Shown in pieces: positions 20,305 through 29,440 of a stretch of 64,000 nucleotides of DNA. Below the pieces are notes generated by a model, which did not search any database, was not told the origin of the DNA, and saw nothing but the letters and a program-made list of their open reading frames with translations. The stretch is from an uncultured Candidatus Saccharibacteria bacterium (GTDB lineage Bacteria; Patescibacteriota; WWE3; UBA101185; UBA10185), in contig CAYLVW010000001.1 of NCBI GenBank assembly GCA_964387275.1, forward strand, positions 5,514 through 69,513, given 5' to 3'. The first letter of the stretch is position 1, and every line of letters starts with the position of its first letter. The translations under genes were made by a program, and so were the position numbers.

Positions 20305-20371
20305 TTTCTATTTATATCATACAAAATAGTATTGATTTTTAAATCCAACCAAATATCTGTAATATGTATAT

Positions 20372-20893
20372 ATGAGCAAAGATCCATATCAAAATGAAAA
20401 CCTAAAAATAGGTGTTACCGGTAATAATATATTAAGAAGTATTAAAGCACGCGAGGACAAGAAAAGAACCCAATCTGAAAAACTGGCTGACTTAATGACT
20501 CAAAAATTTGGTAGCATTACATTTCTCCTTTTAAATATGTTATGGTTTACAGTTTGGATTGTTTGGAACTTAGGTTTATTTCCGGGTCTTGTGCCTTTTG
20601 ACCCGTTTCCGTTTGGACTTCTTACAATGATAGTGTCACTTGAGGCTATTTTTTTAGCAATTGTGGTTTTAATATCTCAAAACAGAGCTTCCAGAATAGA
20701 TGAACTTAGAGAAGAGGTAGATCTTAAGGTAGATGTAATTACAGAACAAGAGCTTACCAAACTTCTTAGACTTACTGTTGCTCACATGGTAAAAGATGGG
20801 TTTAAACTATCTGATGACAAGGAGATAAAAAGAATGTCAAAGCCTATTGATCTTGAAAAGATAGAAACATCTTTAGAGAAAGATTTTCAGTAG
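20372..20893 (+). CDS. DUF1003 membrane protein
   Basis: FDPFPFGLLTMIVSLEAIFL..VLISQNR. Confidence 0.9.
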   Translation: MSKDPYQNENLKIGVTGNNILRSIKAREDKKRTQSEKLADLMTQKFGSITFLLLNMLWFTVWIVWNLGLFPGLVPFDPFPFGLLTMIVSLEAIFLAIVVLISQNRASRIDELREEVDLKVDVITEQELTKLLRLTVAHMVKDGFKLSDDKEIKRMSKPIDLEKIETSLEKDFQ

Positions 20894-20914
20894 ATTTATG
20901 GGATTATTACAACC

Positions 20915-21673
20915 ATGCCCAATGATCATATAACGTCATTGTACCCAGATATAAATGAGTTAGAAAGTTCTAGATCTGAAACCAACACAATTGGAGAACA
21001 CATAATATCTAACGCTGAAGCTGTAATCTCCTTACTTAAATTACATTCTAAAGCTCGTGATAACAAGCATGAGGTTTGGCATGGTAGCGAGTATGTTGGT
21101 GCCAATCAGGTAAGATCAACTATCTATAGTTTAGAGGAACAGTCTGATTATGTTGGAATACTAGAGTTACCAGAATCCACCGGAATTAGATACACAGAAG
21201 CAGAGAAAGCTTATGTTTTGGGTATTATTGAGCGTCAAATTATGGATGGGGATATAAGCACTGTATCCACTCTATGGCATCAAGCCATGGTAGCACTTGC
21301 AAATTCTGCGTGGAATTACTCTGACGTATGGAGAGGTGCTGAAGGACCTATAGATCAGTCAGGGAAGTTACACAAGTTGTATTCCTCAATCAGAACCCCT
21401 GTCCATGTTAGAGAAGAGGCAGAGAAGGAGAGAGATTTTGACATTAAGTCGGGGAAAGTTTATATGGATTTCGCTGAAGCTTTTTCATCTGAGTCTATTG
21501 AGATGCCTGGAATATCTGAAATAGATACAATTGCGAGTAATACTGTAAATATCGTTGCTAATATAATATTTATCTTTGTCATACCAAAAATTATACTATT
21601 AAAAGGTTTCACAAGTAATTTTTATGAGGCAACCGCTTTTTATACAGCCTCTATTTTGCCAAGGTGGTTTTGA
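20915..21673 (+). CDS. Hypothetical protein; C-terminus possibly a rearrangement read-through
   Basis: 252 aa ORF whose tail is antisense to a small signal-peptide-like ORF (21460-21582). Confidence 0.55.
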   Translation: MPNDHITSLYPDINELESSRSETNTIGEHIISNAEAVISLLKLHSKARDNKHEVWHGSEYVGANQVRSTIYSLEEQSDYVGILELPESTGIRYTEAEKAYVLGIIERQIMDGDISTVSTLWHQAMVALANSAWNYSDVWRGAEGPIDQSGKLHKLYSSIRTPVHVREEAEKERDFDIKSGKVYMDFAEAFSSESIEMPGISEIDTIASNTVNIVANIIFIFVIPKIILLKGFTSNFYEATAFYTASILPRWF

Positions 21674-21695
21674 CAGTAAATGTAGAATTGTATAC

Positions 21696-22205
21696 ATGGA
21701 TTTGTTGATTATTCACGGTTACAAATTAACTACTACTGGTAAAGTGGATCCTGTACTTAAAAAACGTTTAGATTTTGGTATACAGCTAATTATAGATAAT
21801 CCATCAATAGGTAGAGTTTTATTGACTGGGGGAGAATCTACTTCAGGTTTTGCAGAATCTGATCTCATGTATGAATATATGATTCATAATGGAGTTAATA
21901 TCCCCATACAAAAAGAGTCAAAATCACTAAATACCGTACAGAATGTCTTATACAGCAGGAAACTAGTCCTAATATATGAGTACAACAAAATATATATAGT
22001 TATTGGGAAGCGCATGGAAAAAAGAGCCAAGTTAATCTATAAAAAAGTGCTGCCGGAATTAATTGAAAAGATATTTTGGCTCACCATAGATGATGGGTAT
22101 ATGGGGCATTTTGAATTACTATGGTTTCTATCCTCAGTAGGATATCTGAGCTTACTTAAGTTTGTAGCCAAATTCTTAAAACCTCTGGCATTAATCGGAA
22201 GATAA
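21696..22205 (+). CDS. YdcF/DUF218 family protein
   Basis: LKKRLD.GI, LLTGG, ESDLM, KESKSLNTVQN; likely start ATG 21696 after TAGAAT. Confidence 0.8.
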   Translation: MDLLIIHGYKLTTTGKVDPVLKKRLDFGIQLIIDNPSIGRVLLTGGESTSGFAESDLMYEYMIHNGVNIPIQKESKSLNTVQNVLYSRKLVLIYEYNKIYIVIGKRMEKRAKLIYKKVLPELIEKIFWLTIDDGYMGHFELLWFLSSVGYLSLLKFVAKFLKPLALIGR

Positions 22206-22310
22206 AGAATTATTGCACAAGAGTGTGAGTATAAAGGGATATTATTATTTTTTAGATAAGGCTACGGCTTTGGCTTGTTGCACCCTCCATAAATCACTTA
22301 TAATTTATCT

Positions 22311-22964
22311 ATGCCAGGAGGTATAAACGGATTACCAAAAAAAGGTCACGAAGTATCAGAAGCTTTGCGAGGTTTGTCCGAAGCTGTAACCACAACTATG
22401 TGGGAGGGATTTGCACAACGATCCACTCGATATAGATTGCTAAAAGCAGGTTTGCAAGTTAAAACCTCCGATGCTCCTAATAACACCTTGCTTCGTGACG
22501 GTTATGTTCAGATGGCTAAGGTAGCTGAAAGTAAGGTACTCGAAGATTATGATTTTCCATCTTCCGCAAAAGAATTGTTAAATCCGGATGGCTCCAGAAA
22601 TTTAGATAATATACACGAACTGCGTATGGCACTATCTGTAGTCTCGTTTGCAAGTAAGGCTGATGGAACTCCGGATGTTAGAGATTTAAGACAGCCAAAC
22701 ATTGGTTTATCTACAAGTTCCAGCGGAAGGGTAGTTTTTACTCAAGCAGATGGTGGATACAAAGAAACATCCTATGATAGAGATAAGTTAACTTGTGCAC
22801 TGCTGGCACATCTACCTGACGGTGATGAGGGTAAATACTCTATAGTTTTATACCCTCATACAAATGCCTCCGGAAAGCTTGAATCTGTCACACCCCTTGT
22901 TATGTCTAAAGCAAGACATGAGTATTTGTATGAAGCTCTAACTGGTAAGAAATACTCCAAATAA
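22311..22964 (+). CDS. Hypothetical protein
   Basis: 217 aa ORF; TATAAT 6 nt before ATG. Confidence 0.7.
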   Translation: MPGGINGLPKKGHEVSEALRGLSEAVTTTMWEGFAQRSTRYRLLKAGLQVKTSDAPNNTLLRDGYVQMAKVAESKVLEDYDFPSSAKELLNPDGSRNLDNIHELRMALSVVSFASKADGTPDVRDLRQPNIGLSTSSSGRVVFTQADGGYKETSYDRDKLTCALLAHLPDGDEGKYSIVLYPHTNASGKLESVTPLVMSKARHEYLYEALTGKKYSK

Positions 22965-23059
22965 GTTATGCCAACTACATGAGCAGTTGTACCTTTGAAC
23001 CCAGCTCAATAATTATTGGTACTCGCTTATAGTAAAATCTAACAAAAGTTATTGTATTT

Positions 23060-23824
23060 GTGATACACTCATCTACTATGCATGCAGTAACGAGGATGAC
23101 AAAAACCGCCTTAGGCCTCATATCCAGATGTAATAATTGGCCAGAGTATTATCTAGATTACTTGGGCTATCACAAACACAATTGGGTAATAGATCTTAAA
23201 GATATTAAACTGGAGCTAAGGCCAAGTAGTGTTGATAAATGGATTGTGGCTGAAAACCTGGTACTAGACGCGTATGAATTTAATCATCTTAAAAAACTAG
23301 GTATAGAGCAGATTTTTGATATTGGCGCTAACATTGGGGCATTTTCTATACCCGCAGCAAAACATTTATCAGTAAACGAAATTATCTCGTTTGAGCCTGA
23401 TCCGGACAATTTTAAACTCCTAACGAGTAACATTATGCGTAACAACCTATCTGCGATTGTAGAGTTGCACAATTCAGCAGTTTCCCTTAGTGATGCCTCC
23501 TCAATAAGACTATACAAAGGAAATGATTTTGGTTCTAACTCAACATTTCATACATCGGGTAGTTTTTTAGATGTAGCAAACGCAAATCTTTACTCTTTGC
23601 TTCCAAGAATTAAACAAAATGCTTTACTCAAAATGGACATCGAGGGTGGGGAACTAGAGATTTTTACTACCAGTAACCTGGAGTTTTTAAGAAAGTTTAA
23701 GTTTATTGTATTAGAGTTTCATCATTTTCTTGAAACACATGATAAGGATAAGTTTGAAAAGTTTCTTACTGATTCTGGGTTTAAGTATAAAAGTGACGAT
23801 ATAATTTATCTAATTAGTAAGTAG
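23060..23824 (+). CDS. FkbM family methyltransferase
   Basis: DIGANIGAF, FEPDPDNF, LKMDIEGGE, LEFH. Confidence 0.92.
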   Translation: MIHSSTMHAVTRMTKTALGLISRCNNWPEYYLDYLGYHKHNWVIDLKDIKLELRPSSVDKWIVAENLVLDAYEFNHLKKLGIEQIFDIGANIGAFSIPAAKHLSVNEIISFEPDPDNFKLLTSNIMRNNLSAIVELHNSAVSLSDASSIRLYKGNDFGSNSTFHTSGSFLDVANANLYSLLPRIKQNALLKMDIEGGELEIFTTSNLEFLRKFKFIVLEFHHFLETHDKDKFEKFLTDSGFKYKSDDIIYLISK

Positions 23825-23853
23825 AAATAATATTTACATTTATTTCTGAGTTG

Positions 23854-23944
23854 GAAGATTTTAGCCTTTAGGCCGAAAATGAAAGTGTGAGCTTTCACCC
23901 GCAATGAAAGAAGAGACAGTGGCCTTTGGGCCGCGGAGTTTTCA
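23854..23944 (+). mobile_element. Non-autonomous IS200/IS605-derived (PATE-like) relic with two end hairpins
   Basis: gaagattttagcctttaggccgaaaatg ... gaagagacagtggcctttgggccgcggagttttca. Confidence 0.5.
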
Positions 23945-24064
23945 TTTCTATATTGTAAGTTTGCAATTTCTTTACAACTTATAGAAAATTTAGCTTTGTT
24001 CCGATTATCAATATGTTCGCCTATGATTTAGACTGGGAAATTGACATTATTTCGGCACACAATT

Positions 24065-25756
24065 TTAGCCAAAAGTAAATGCAAAAATTTCGGTTTCTCC
24101 ATCAACAAATTCCAAAATCAAGATATGTCTACCAGGAATTTCCAAATCCACTAAATTGTACAACGTGTCCGCACTCACTGTAACAAGCCCATTTGAATCA
24201 ACATTCGAACCATAGTAATTTTCTACATCGTCTATAGTAACTTTAACTTTTGTGGGTTTTCCAGAAGGACTCATCACTAGAAACACTCTTTTTGCATCAA
24301 AATTTAGATATAATTTTGATCCTACCGATGCTTTAACGGATTCCTTACCAACCTCCCAATTTCCTTCAAACGCATATTTATTGTTTGCAATAACTATTGG
24401 TGCACTAAACGTTGTTGTTTTGTTTAATGTTGGTTTTTCTGGAGAGGTTAAGCTTGTTGCTCTATCCAGACCCAGATAGGTCTCATGTGTTTTCGCATAG
24501 TTACGATTCTCATTGGGTACTATACTAACTTCAGATTCAATTTTTTCACCTGTTTCTCCAAGTAGTTTAACAATCATCTCTTCAGTTTCCTTGTAGTTGC
24601 CTTCACCAAAGTGTGTATATCTAATATAACCATCCTTATCTATTAAGTATTTAGCTGGCCAGTACCTATTTGCGTAGTTTTTCCAAGTGGCAAATTCATT
24701 GTCTTGCATAATCGGGTACTCTATACCAAAATCTGAAATAGCTTTTTGGACATTATCTGATTTCTTTTCAAACTCAAACTCAGGTGAGTGCACCCCGATT
24801 ATTACAAGTCCTTTGTCTGAGTATTTTTTATGCCAGTCTTTTAAGTAGGGTAGTGTACGCTGGCAGTTGATGCATGAATATGTCCAGAAATCTATAATAA
24901 CCACTTTGCCTTTCAGACTTGATACGGTTTGAGGATTCGAATTAAACCACTCACCACCTTGAATAAGTTCTGGAGCAGTTTTTTTAGGCGCTAAGTCAGA
25001 AGATAGCTTATCAAAGTTGCTAACCATATTATCTTTTGTATAAATTTCTTCAATTTTTGTAAGCCCTGTTCCATAATTAGGGAAAGTTCTAAGTACCCAA
25101 TACTGAAAAAATCTATCCCAATTTAGAAACATTGCAATTGCAGTTAATACCATAACTACACCAAAAGCTTTTTGAATGTTAGCTGCATTTTTTGTAACCC
25201 CTGGAAGTTTCCTGATTGCATTTTGTCCTGCGAGCATCACAAAAAACATTGGGATTGCTGTACCTACTGAATATGACAGTGTTATTAATATTGCTTGTGC
25301 AGTAACTGTACCTGTAATTGCAAGTGTTATAACAGAAGCTAGAATTGGACCGACACACGGAGTCCACAAAAGTCCAAGTGATAACCCAACAACAACTCCA
25401 GAACTGAATCCGGAGTTTATATTTCCTCTTGGTACAAAATTACCCAGTTTACTAAATAGTTTTTCAAGTTGTATTTGTACTTGCGGAATTAAGTACGATA
25501 TTCCAAATAAGCCTATCAGCACAATTGATACTTTTCTAAGTAAATCAGCCTCAATGTTAAGAGATCTTACTATTGAGCTTAGAAATAAAGTAAAGAACGT
25601 GAAACTGAGTATGAAACCAACAATAATTCCAAATGGTCTCGCCCTACTTTTAGCATCCCCAACACCGGAAGATAAGATGATTGGCAAGACAGGCAAGATA
25701 CATGGTGAAAGTATTGTAACCACCCCTGCTATAAATGCGAATAATATTACAAGCAT
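24065..25756 (-). CDS. dipZ: DipZ-like CcdA/DsbD transmembrane + thioredoxin-like fusion
   Basis: SPCILPVLP, WTPCVGP, DFWTYSCINC, GVHSPEF, NRYWPA, AFTFG terminus. Confidence 0.9.
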   Translation of the reverse strand: MLVILFAFIAGVVTILSPCILPVLPIILSSGVGDAKSRARPFGIIVGFILSFTFFTLFLSSIVRSLNIEADLLRKVSIVLIGLFGISYLIPQVQIQLEKLFSKLGNFVPRGNINSGFSSGVVVGLSLGLLWTPCVGPILASVITLAITGTVTAQAILITLSYSVGTAIPMFFVMLAGQNAIRKLPGVTKNAANIQKAFGVVMVLTAIAMFLNWDRFFQYWVLRTFPNYGTGLTKIEEIYTKDNMVSNFDKLSSDLAPKKTAPELIQGGEWFNSNPQTVSSLKGKVVIIDFWTYSCINCQRTLPYLKDWHKKYSDKGLVIIGVHSPEFEFEKKSDNVQKAISDFGIEYPIMQDNEFATWKNYANRYWPAKYLIDKDGYIRYTHFGEGNYKETEEMIVKLLGETGEKIESEVSIVPNENRNYAKTHETYLGLDRATSLTSPEKPTLNKTTTFSAPIVIANNKYAFEGNWEVGKESVKASVGSKLYLNFDAKRVFLVMSPSGKPTKVKVTIDDVENYYGSNVDSNGLVTVSADTLYNLVDLEIPGRHILILEFVDGETEIFAFTFG

Positions 25757-25769
25757 TGTATATATTCCT

Positions 25770-26336
25770 TTACTTAATCTTAGCTAAGAGTTCTGAAATT
25801 TTTCCGCCATTCCATTTAGTTACTTCAGTTCCCTCAGAATTTATTTGAACAAAAGTATGTTGGTATGTAACTCCATATTTTACTGCCAATTCTTTTTCAT
25901 TTTGATCAGTGTCAGTATCATTGTAGTTAACCCTAATGACTACTACATCTGAAGGAAGTAGGGAGGAGTTACCACTAAAATCTTTATCTGTGGGAGCGCA
26001 TGTAGGGCACCAATTTGCATAGAAGAATAATACCCTTCTTTTATCTGAAAATTTACTAAAGTTTTCAGGAGTGTAGTTTAAATAGTTCCCGGAATCCACA
26101 TTGTCCTTCATCGCGGTGTCTTTATCTGTCATTTCTTTCTCAGAAATTTCCATCACTTCCTCAGTCATTTTGGTATTTGTATCTTTTTTATCAGATTCCA
26201 TCATCAGTTCTGATTTAGATAAATCTGAATCTTTCGGCATTATTTTTTCCTCTGATTGTTTGAGTGAAAGATAATATACAAATCCAAGAACTGCTATACC
26301 TACAGATAATATAGATACTAAAAGTTTTTTGTTCAT
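25770..26336 (-). CDS. Membrane-anchored thioredoxin family protein
   Basis: FFYANWCPTC, KYGVTYQHTFV; N-terminal TM. Confidence 0.9.
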   Translation of the reverse strand: MNKKLLVSILSVGIAVLGFVYYLSLKQSEEKIMPKDSDLSKSELMMESDKKDTNTKMTEEVMEISEKEMTDKDTAMKDNVDSGNYLNYTPENFSKFSDKRRVLFFYANWCPTCAPTDKDFSGNSSLLPSDVVVIRVNYNDTDTDQNEKELAVKYGVTYQHTFVQINSEGTEVTKWNGGKISELLAKIK

Positions 26337-26342
26337 GTAATT

Positions 26343-26385
26343 AAGGTAGAGAATTTTAAAGCCAATGTCAAGTAGACTTTACATT
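26343..26385 (-). promoter_or_regulatory. Sigma70 promoter of the trx-dipZ operon with overlapping palindromic operator
   Basis: TTGACA-17 nt-TACCTT-6 nt-ATG; palindrome aatgtcaagt-ag-actttacatt (26364-26385) overlaps the -35. Confidence 0.65.
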
Positions 26386-26550
26386 TTCTTAACATTAAGA
26401 GTTTATGTTTCAGCCTACGAGTAGTGTAACTAAAGCAATAGTTAACCGTGTTCTGTAGAGAAATTGGAACACATCTTACTTCAGGTTGCGGAAGCTTCTA
26501 TTTTTGAGCGGGAGACCATGGATGAGAACGTAGATCTACCTACAAGAAAA

Positions 26551-26584
26551 GAAAAGATCCAGTACTTTAGTACTGGGTCCCTTC
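26551..26584 (+). mobile_element. IS200/IS605-type end hairpin relic, or terminator
   Basis: gaaaagatccagtactttagtactgggtcc. Confidence 0.35.
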
Positions 26585-26585
26585 G

Positions 26586-26939
26586 TTAATGTTTGAATCT
26601 TGAATAAAATCGCACTAACAATTTTGTAACAAGCATTACTATAAGAGCTAAAATAATCCAGATATCAATATTATGGCTTAGGGTCTGTACCACAAGCGCA
26701 ACAATAAGAGTTCCTATTCCTGCCAAATATGATAGTCTTGAAGCTTTTAGAACATGAAGTTCTTCTCTCTCATCTTTTGCCTGTTCTTTTAGAATGAAAG
26801 CTGAAAAAGTAAAATATGCTACTAAAATTAGAACTATAAGTATGGACATAATTGACATTGGCATAGTTAGTTCCTCTGATATTGTAAACAAGTATCCGAT
26901 TAAAACTATAAATCCTGCACTTATAATTTCTATGTACAT
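26586..26939 (-). CDS. Small 4-TM protein (DUF2178-like)
   Basis: DEREELH..KASRLSY motif; downstream of an XRE gene; likely start 26939. Confidence 0.75.
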   Translation of the reverse strand: MYIEIISAGFIVLIGYLFTISEELTMPMSIMSILIVLILVAYFTFSAFILKEQAKDEREELHVLKASRLSYLAGIGTLIVALVVQTLSHNIDIWIILALIVMLVTKLLVRFYSRFKH

Positions 26940-26952
26940 ATTTTTCCTTAAG

Positions 26953-27162
26953 TTATTCCTTAATAATACTAAACAATTTTTCAACTTTTGTATCAAAATA
27001 CCTTGCAAGTTTTATTGCAAGGGCCACAGATGGGGTATAATTGCCTTTTTCTATCGCAATAATTGTCTGTCTGGTTACCCCAACTGCTTCCGCAAGTTGT
27101 TCCTGCGTAACATCTTTACCTATACGGTATTTTAGAATTGTGTTTTCTACTTTTTCTTTCAT
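26953..27162 (-). CDS. XRE/HTH_3 transcriptional regulator
   Basis: TQEQLAEAVGVTRQTIIAIEKGNYTPSV. Confidence 0.95.
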   Translation of the reverse strand: MKEKVENTILKYRIGKDVTQEQLAEAVGVTRQTIIAIEKGNYTPSVALAIKLARYFDTKVEKLFSIIKE

Positions 27163-27254
27163 TTCAGTAGTATTTTAACAAGTTGAGGCAAGTTTAGAGA
27201 TTTGGTAGCGTGGGTTGCTGGTTAATTATTAGAACTAGTGAAAATAACTTTTTG

Positions 27255-27866
27255 TTAAAGTAACTCTAGAAGCATATTTTTAAGTTCCTGCTCTGTTCTT
27301 TTCTTTGATATTTCTCTTTCTTCCTTGGACTGTTCACTGTGTGGTTTTTTAAATAACGAAGAACCCTGTAAACTGCTCATTGGCCATCCGGGTATTCTTA
27401 TTTTTGAAGTAGGGGAGAAAAACATTATAGGATAGTCTAAACCAGATGTCTTAATACTTCCTTCAGGTGTTGCTATGCAGTATGCAATACGCCATTTTCC
27501 AGTGCGCTTATTTTTAGGTACAGCGGCAATAACTTTTTCCCAATGTAATATCAATTGGTCATCATCTACCTCATCTCGCCCATTTATTCTCCTGACATGA
27601 GTTCCTGGTTGTTCAGTTTCTGGTAAAAAGTCTACATATAATGCTTCATCTTCTGAAAACACAGGACATCCAGTTTTTAGTGCGTAGAAAGTTGCTTTAA
27701 TTTTTGCATTCTCTTCTGCGGTTGTTCCTGATTCCTCAGGTTTGTCCATAATTTCGAATGAGTCTAGCCCAAATACCTCATCTGAAATTTCACCGAGTAT
27801 AGTTTTATAATGTGCAATTTTAGCTGGGTTTTTAGTTGCAATGACTAATTTTTTAAGTTTAAGCAT
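27255..27866 (-). CDS. HAM1/ITPase family non-canonical purine NTP pyrophosphatase
   Basis: IATKNPAK, EESGTTAEENAKIKA, EDEALYVD, PGTHVRR. Confidence 0.85.
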   Translation of the reverse strand: MLKLKKLVIATKNPAKIAHYKTILGEISDEVFGLDSFEIMDKPEESGTTAEENAKIKATFYALKTGCPVFSEDEALYVDFLPETEQPGTHVRRINGRDEVDDDQLILHWEKVIAAVPKNKRTGKWRIAYCIATPEGSIKTSGLDYPIMFFSPTSKIRIPGWPMSSLQGSSLFKKPHSEQSKEEREISKKRTEQELKNMLLELL

Positions 27867-27878
27867 CTATTTTAAAAA

Positions 27879-27909
27879 AGTGAGGTTGTTGTAGTTCTAC
27901 AACCTCACT
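27879..27909 (-). terminator. Intrinsic terminator after the NUDIX gene
   Basis: agtgaggttgt/acaacctcact stem followed by a T-run on the minus strand. Confidence 0.7.
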
Positions 27910-27915
27910 AAAATT

Positions 27916-28428
27916 TTATTCAAAGATGTATTCTATAACCTTGCCGTCGTTGTCCAATAAGAATATAGCATCAACATTTTCCCCAGCTAACACTTTAGGA
28001 ATCCAATATGTATTATCTTCCCACATTTTGGATGTTGGAAGTTGTGTAATACTAAACCACAGTGGTTTTACAAAATCCGTTTCTTGCGGGTCACCTTTCC
28101 AGCCTTCCACAATATACACTTGAACATCTTGCTGCCACTTTGGTTTATCCTGATAAATAAATCTCACTCTACCGACTTTCTTAAATTGGGTTATTGTAAC
28201 TCCAATTTCTTCTTTCACCTCTCTAATTAGTGCTTCTTCGGGTGTTTCATCCTGAAACTCTAATTGATCACCTATCTTGCCTCCAATACCAGCAATTAGA
28301 TTCTCACCTAAACCTAGTGAAACTTTTTTTCTCAAGCCAAGTAGTACCTCATCATCTTTCTTAAAGTAACAAACTACTGCGGGGACAAATACCACACCTT
28401 GTTTTAGTTTGTTTTGTATCTCACTCAT
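27916..28428 (-). CDS. NUDIX hydrolase (MutT/MTH1-like 8-oxo-dGTPase)
   Basis: GGKI...ETPEEALIREVKEEIG, PLWF, MWEDNTYW; SD GGAG before ATG 28428. Confidence 0.9.
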   Translation of the reverse strand: MSEIQNKLKQGVVFVPAVVCYFKKDDEVLLGLRKKVSLGLGENLIAGIGGKIGDQLEFQDETPEEALIREVKEEIGVTITQFKKVGRVRFIYQDKPKWQQDVQVYIVEGWKGDPQETDFVKPLWFSITQLPTSKMWEDNTYWIPKVLAGENVDAIFLLDNDGKVIEYIFE

Positions 28429-28528
28429 TTTTTGTCTCCAAAACATTTGTTAGGTGTAATTTAACACAAACCAAAAGAATGTATATGCACATATTGCACA
28501 TAATTTATGCATGTACTATGCTATGGCA

Positions 28529-29140
28529 ATGAAAATCTACTTTACTTGTTCTACCGCTGAATTTTTTAAATATAGAGATTCTTATTTTGAAATTAGAAAC
28601 TTGCTAATCTCTGGTGGCCATATCATTACTAGGGACTGGCTGCCACACACCGAGGCAGCATTAAAACAGGGAAGACTAGATATGACTAGAAACATCAAAC
28701 AGATCTATCAGGAATGTATAAAATCTATAAAGGAAGCAGACTTAGTAATAATTGAGGATACAGTCTCAAACTTTAGCACAGGGCATCAAATAACTGTTGC
28801 CTTACAGAGTAAAAAACCTACCTTGGTTTTATGGCAAGCTAAAAAACATAGGCAATTTAATCAGATGTTTATACACGGAATTGATTCAGACATTTTACAA
28901 ATATCTGAGTATGAGCCGAAAGATTTAGACGAAATAGTTACTACTTTTATAAACAAGTACGAAAATGTCTTTGAAAGGAATAGGTTTCACCTTATTCTAA
29001 ACAACGTAGAACGAAGTTACTTAGACTGGGCGCAATTTACAAAGAATAAGAGTAGAACAAAGGTTATTAAAGAAGCTTTGAAGGGTATTATTGATTCGGA
29101 TATTGAGTACAGCAAATATTTGAATAAACACGAATTCTAG
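28529..29140 (+). CDS. Nucleoside 2-deoxyribosyltransferase-like domain + C-terminal ribbon-helix-helix-like domain
   Basis: KIYFTCS, IKEADLVIIE, STGHQITVAL..KKPTLVL (NDT fold); RFHLILNNVERSYLDW...KSRTKVIKEAL (RHH-like). Confidence 0.7.
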   Translation: MKIYFTCSTAEFFKYRDSYFEIRNLLISGGHIITRDWLPHTEAALKQGRLDMTRNIKQIYQECIKSIKEADLVIIEDTVSNFSTGHQITVALQSKKPTLVLWQAKKHRQFNQMFIHGIDSDILQISEYEPKDLDEIVTTFINKYENVFERNRFHLILNNVERSYLDWAQFTKNKSRTKVIKEALKGIIDSDIEYSKYLNKHEF

Positions 29141-29142
29141 TT

Positions 29143-29164
29143 TTCATGGTGACCCTACGGGGAA
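29143..29164 (-). repeat. 22 bp direct repeat of the tRNA-Glu 3' end (att-like)
   Basis: ttcatggtgaccctacggggaa identical at 29143-29164 and 29362-29383. Confidence 0.9.
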
Positions 29165-29365
29165 AAGTGTGCTTCGCACAAGCAATTTGTCACTTCACTC
29201 CTATTGCATCCTACATCACTAGGCTCATTTATTCGCCAAGTGTTGTAGTAGCAATTCGTCACTTCGTTCGAATTGGCGAACCTAGCATAAATGCTGGTTA
29301 GATTCCTTGGTAGAATCACATGAACAGAACCTCCATTTCACTGCGTTCAATGAAGAACCTGTTCA
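29165..29365 (-). mobile_element. ~200 bp tRNA-anchored structured mini-element
   Basis: Lies between tRNA 3' direct repeats; several hairpins with recurring GA(A/G)(C/T)G(A/C)AGTGA loops. Confidence 0.6.
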
Positions 29366-29440
29366 TGGTGACCCTACGGGGAATCGAACCCCGATTGCCA
29401 GGATGAGAACCTGGCGTCCTAACCATTAGACGATAGGGCC
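29366..29440 (-). tRNA. tRNA-Glu(CTC)
   Basis: Cloverleaf ggccctatcgtctaatggttaggacgccagg-tt-ctc-at-cctggcaatcggggttcgattccccgtagggtcacca; CCA encoded. Confidence 0.97.

Noticed and set aside
29143-29440. Intron-containing or permuted tRNA
   Set aside because: The tRNA at 29366-29440 is complete; the extra piece is only a 3'-end duplicate
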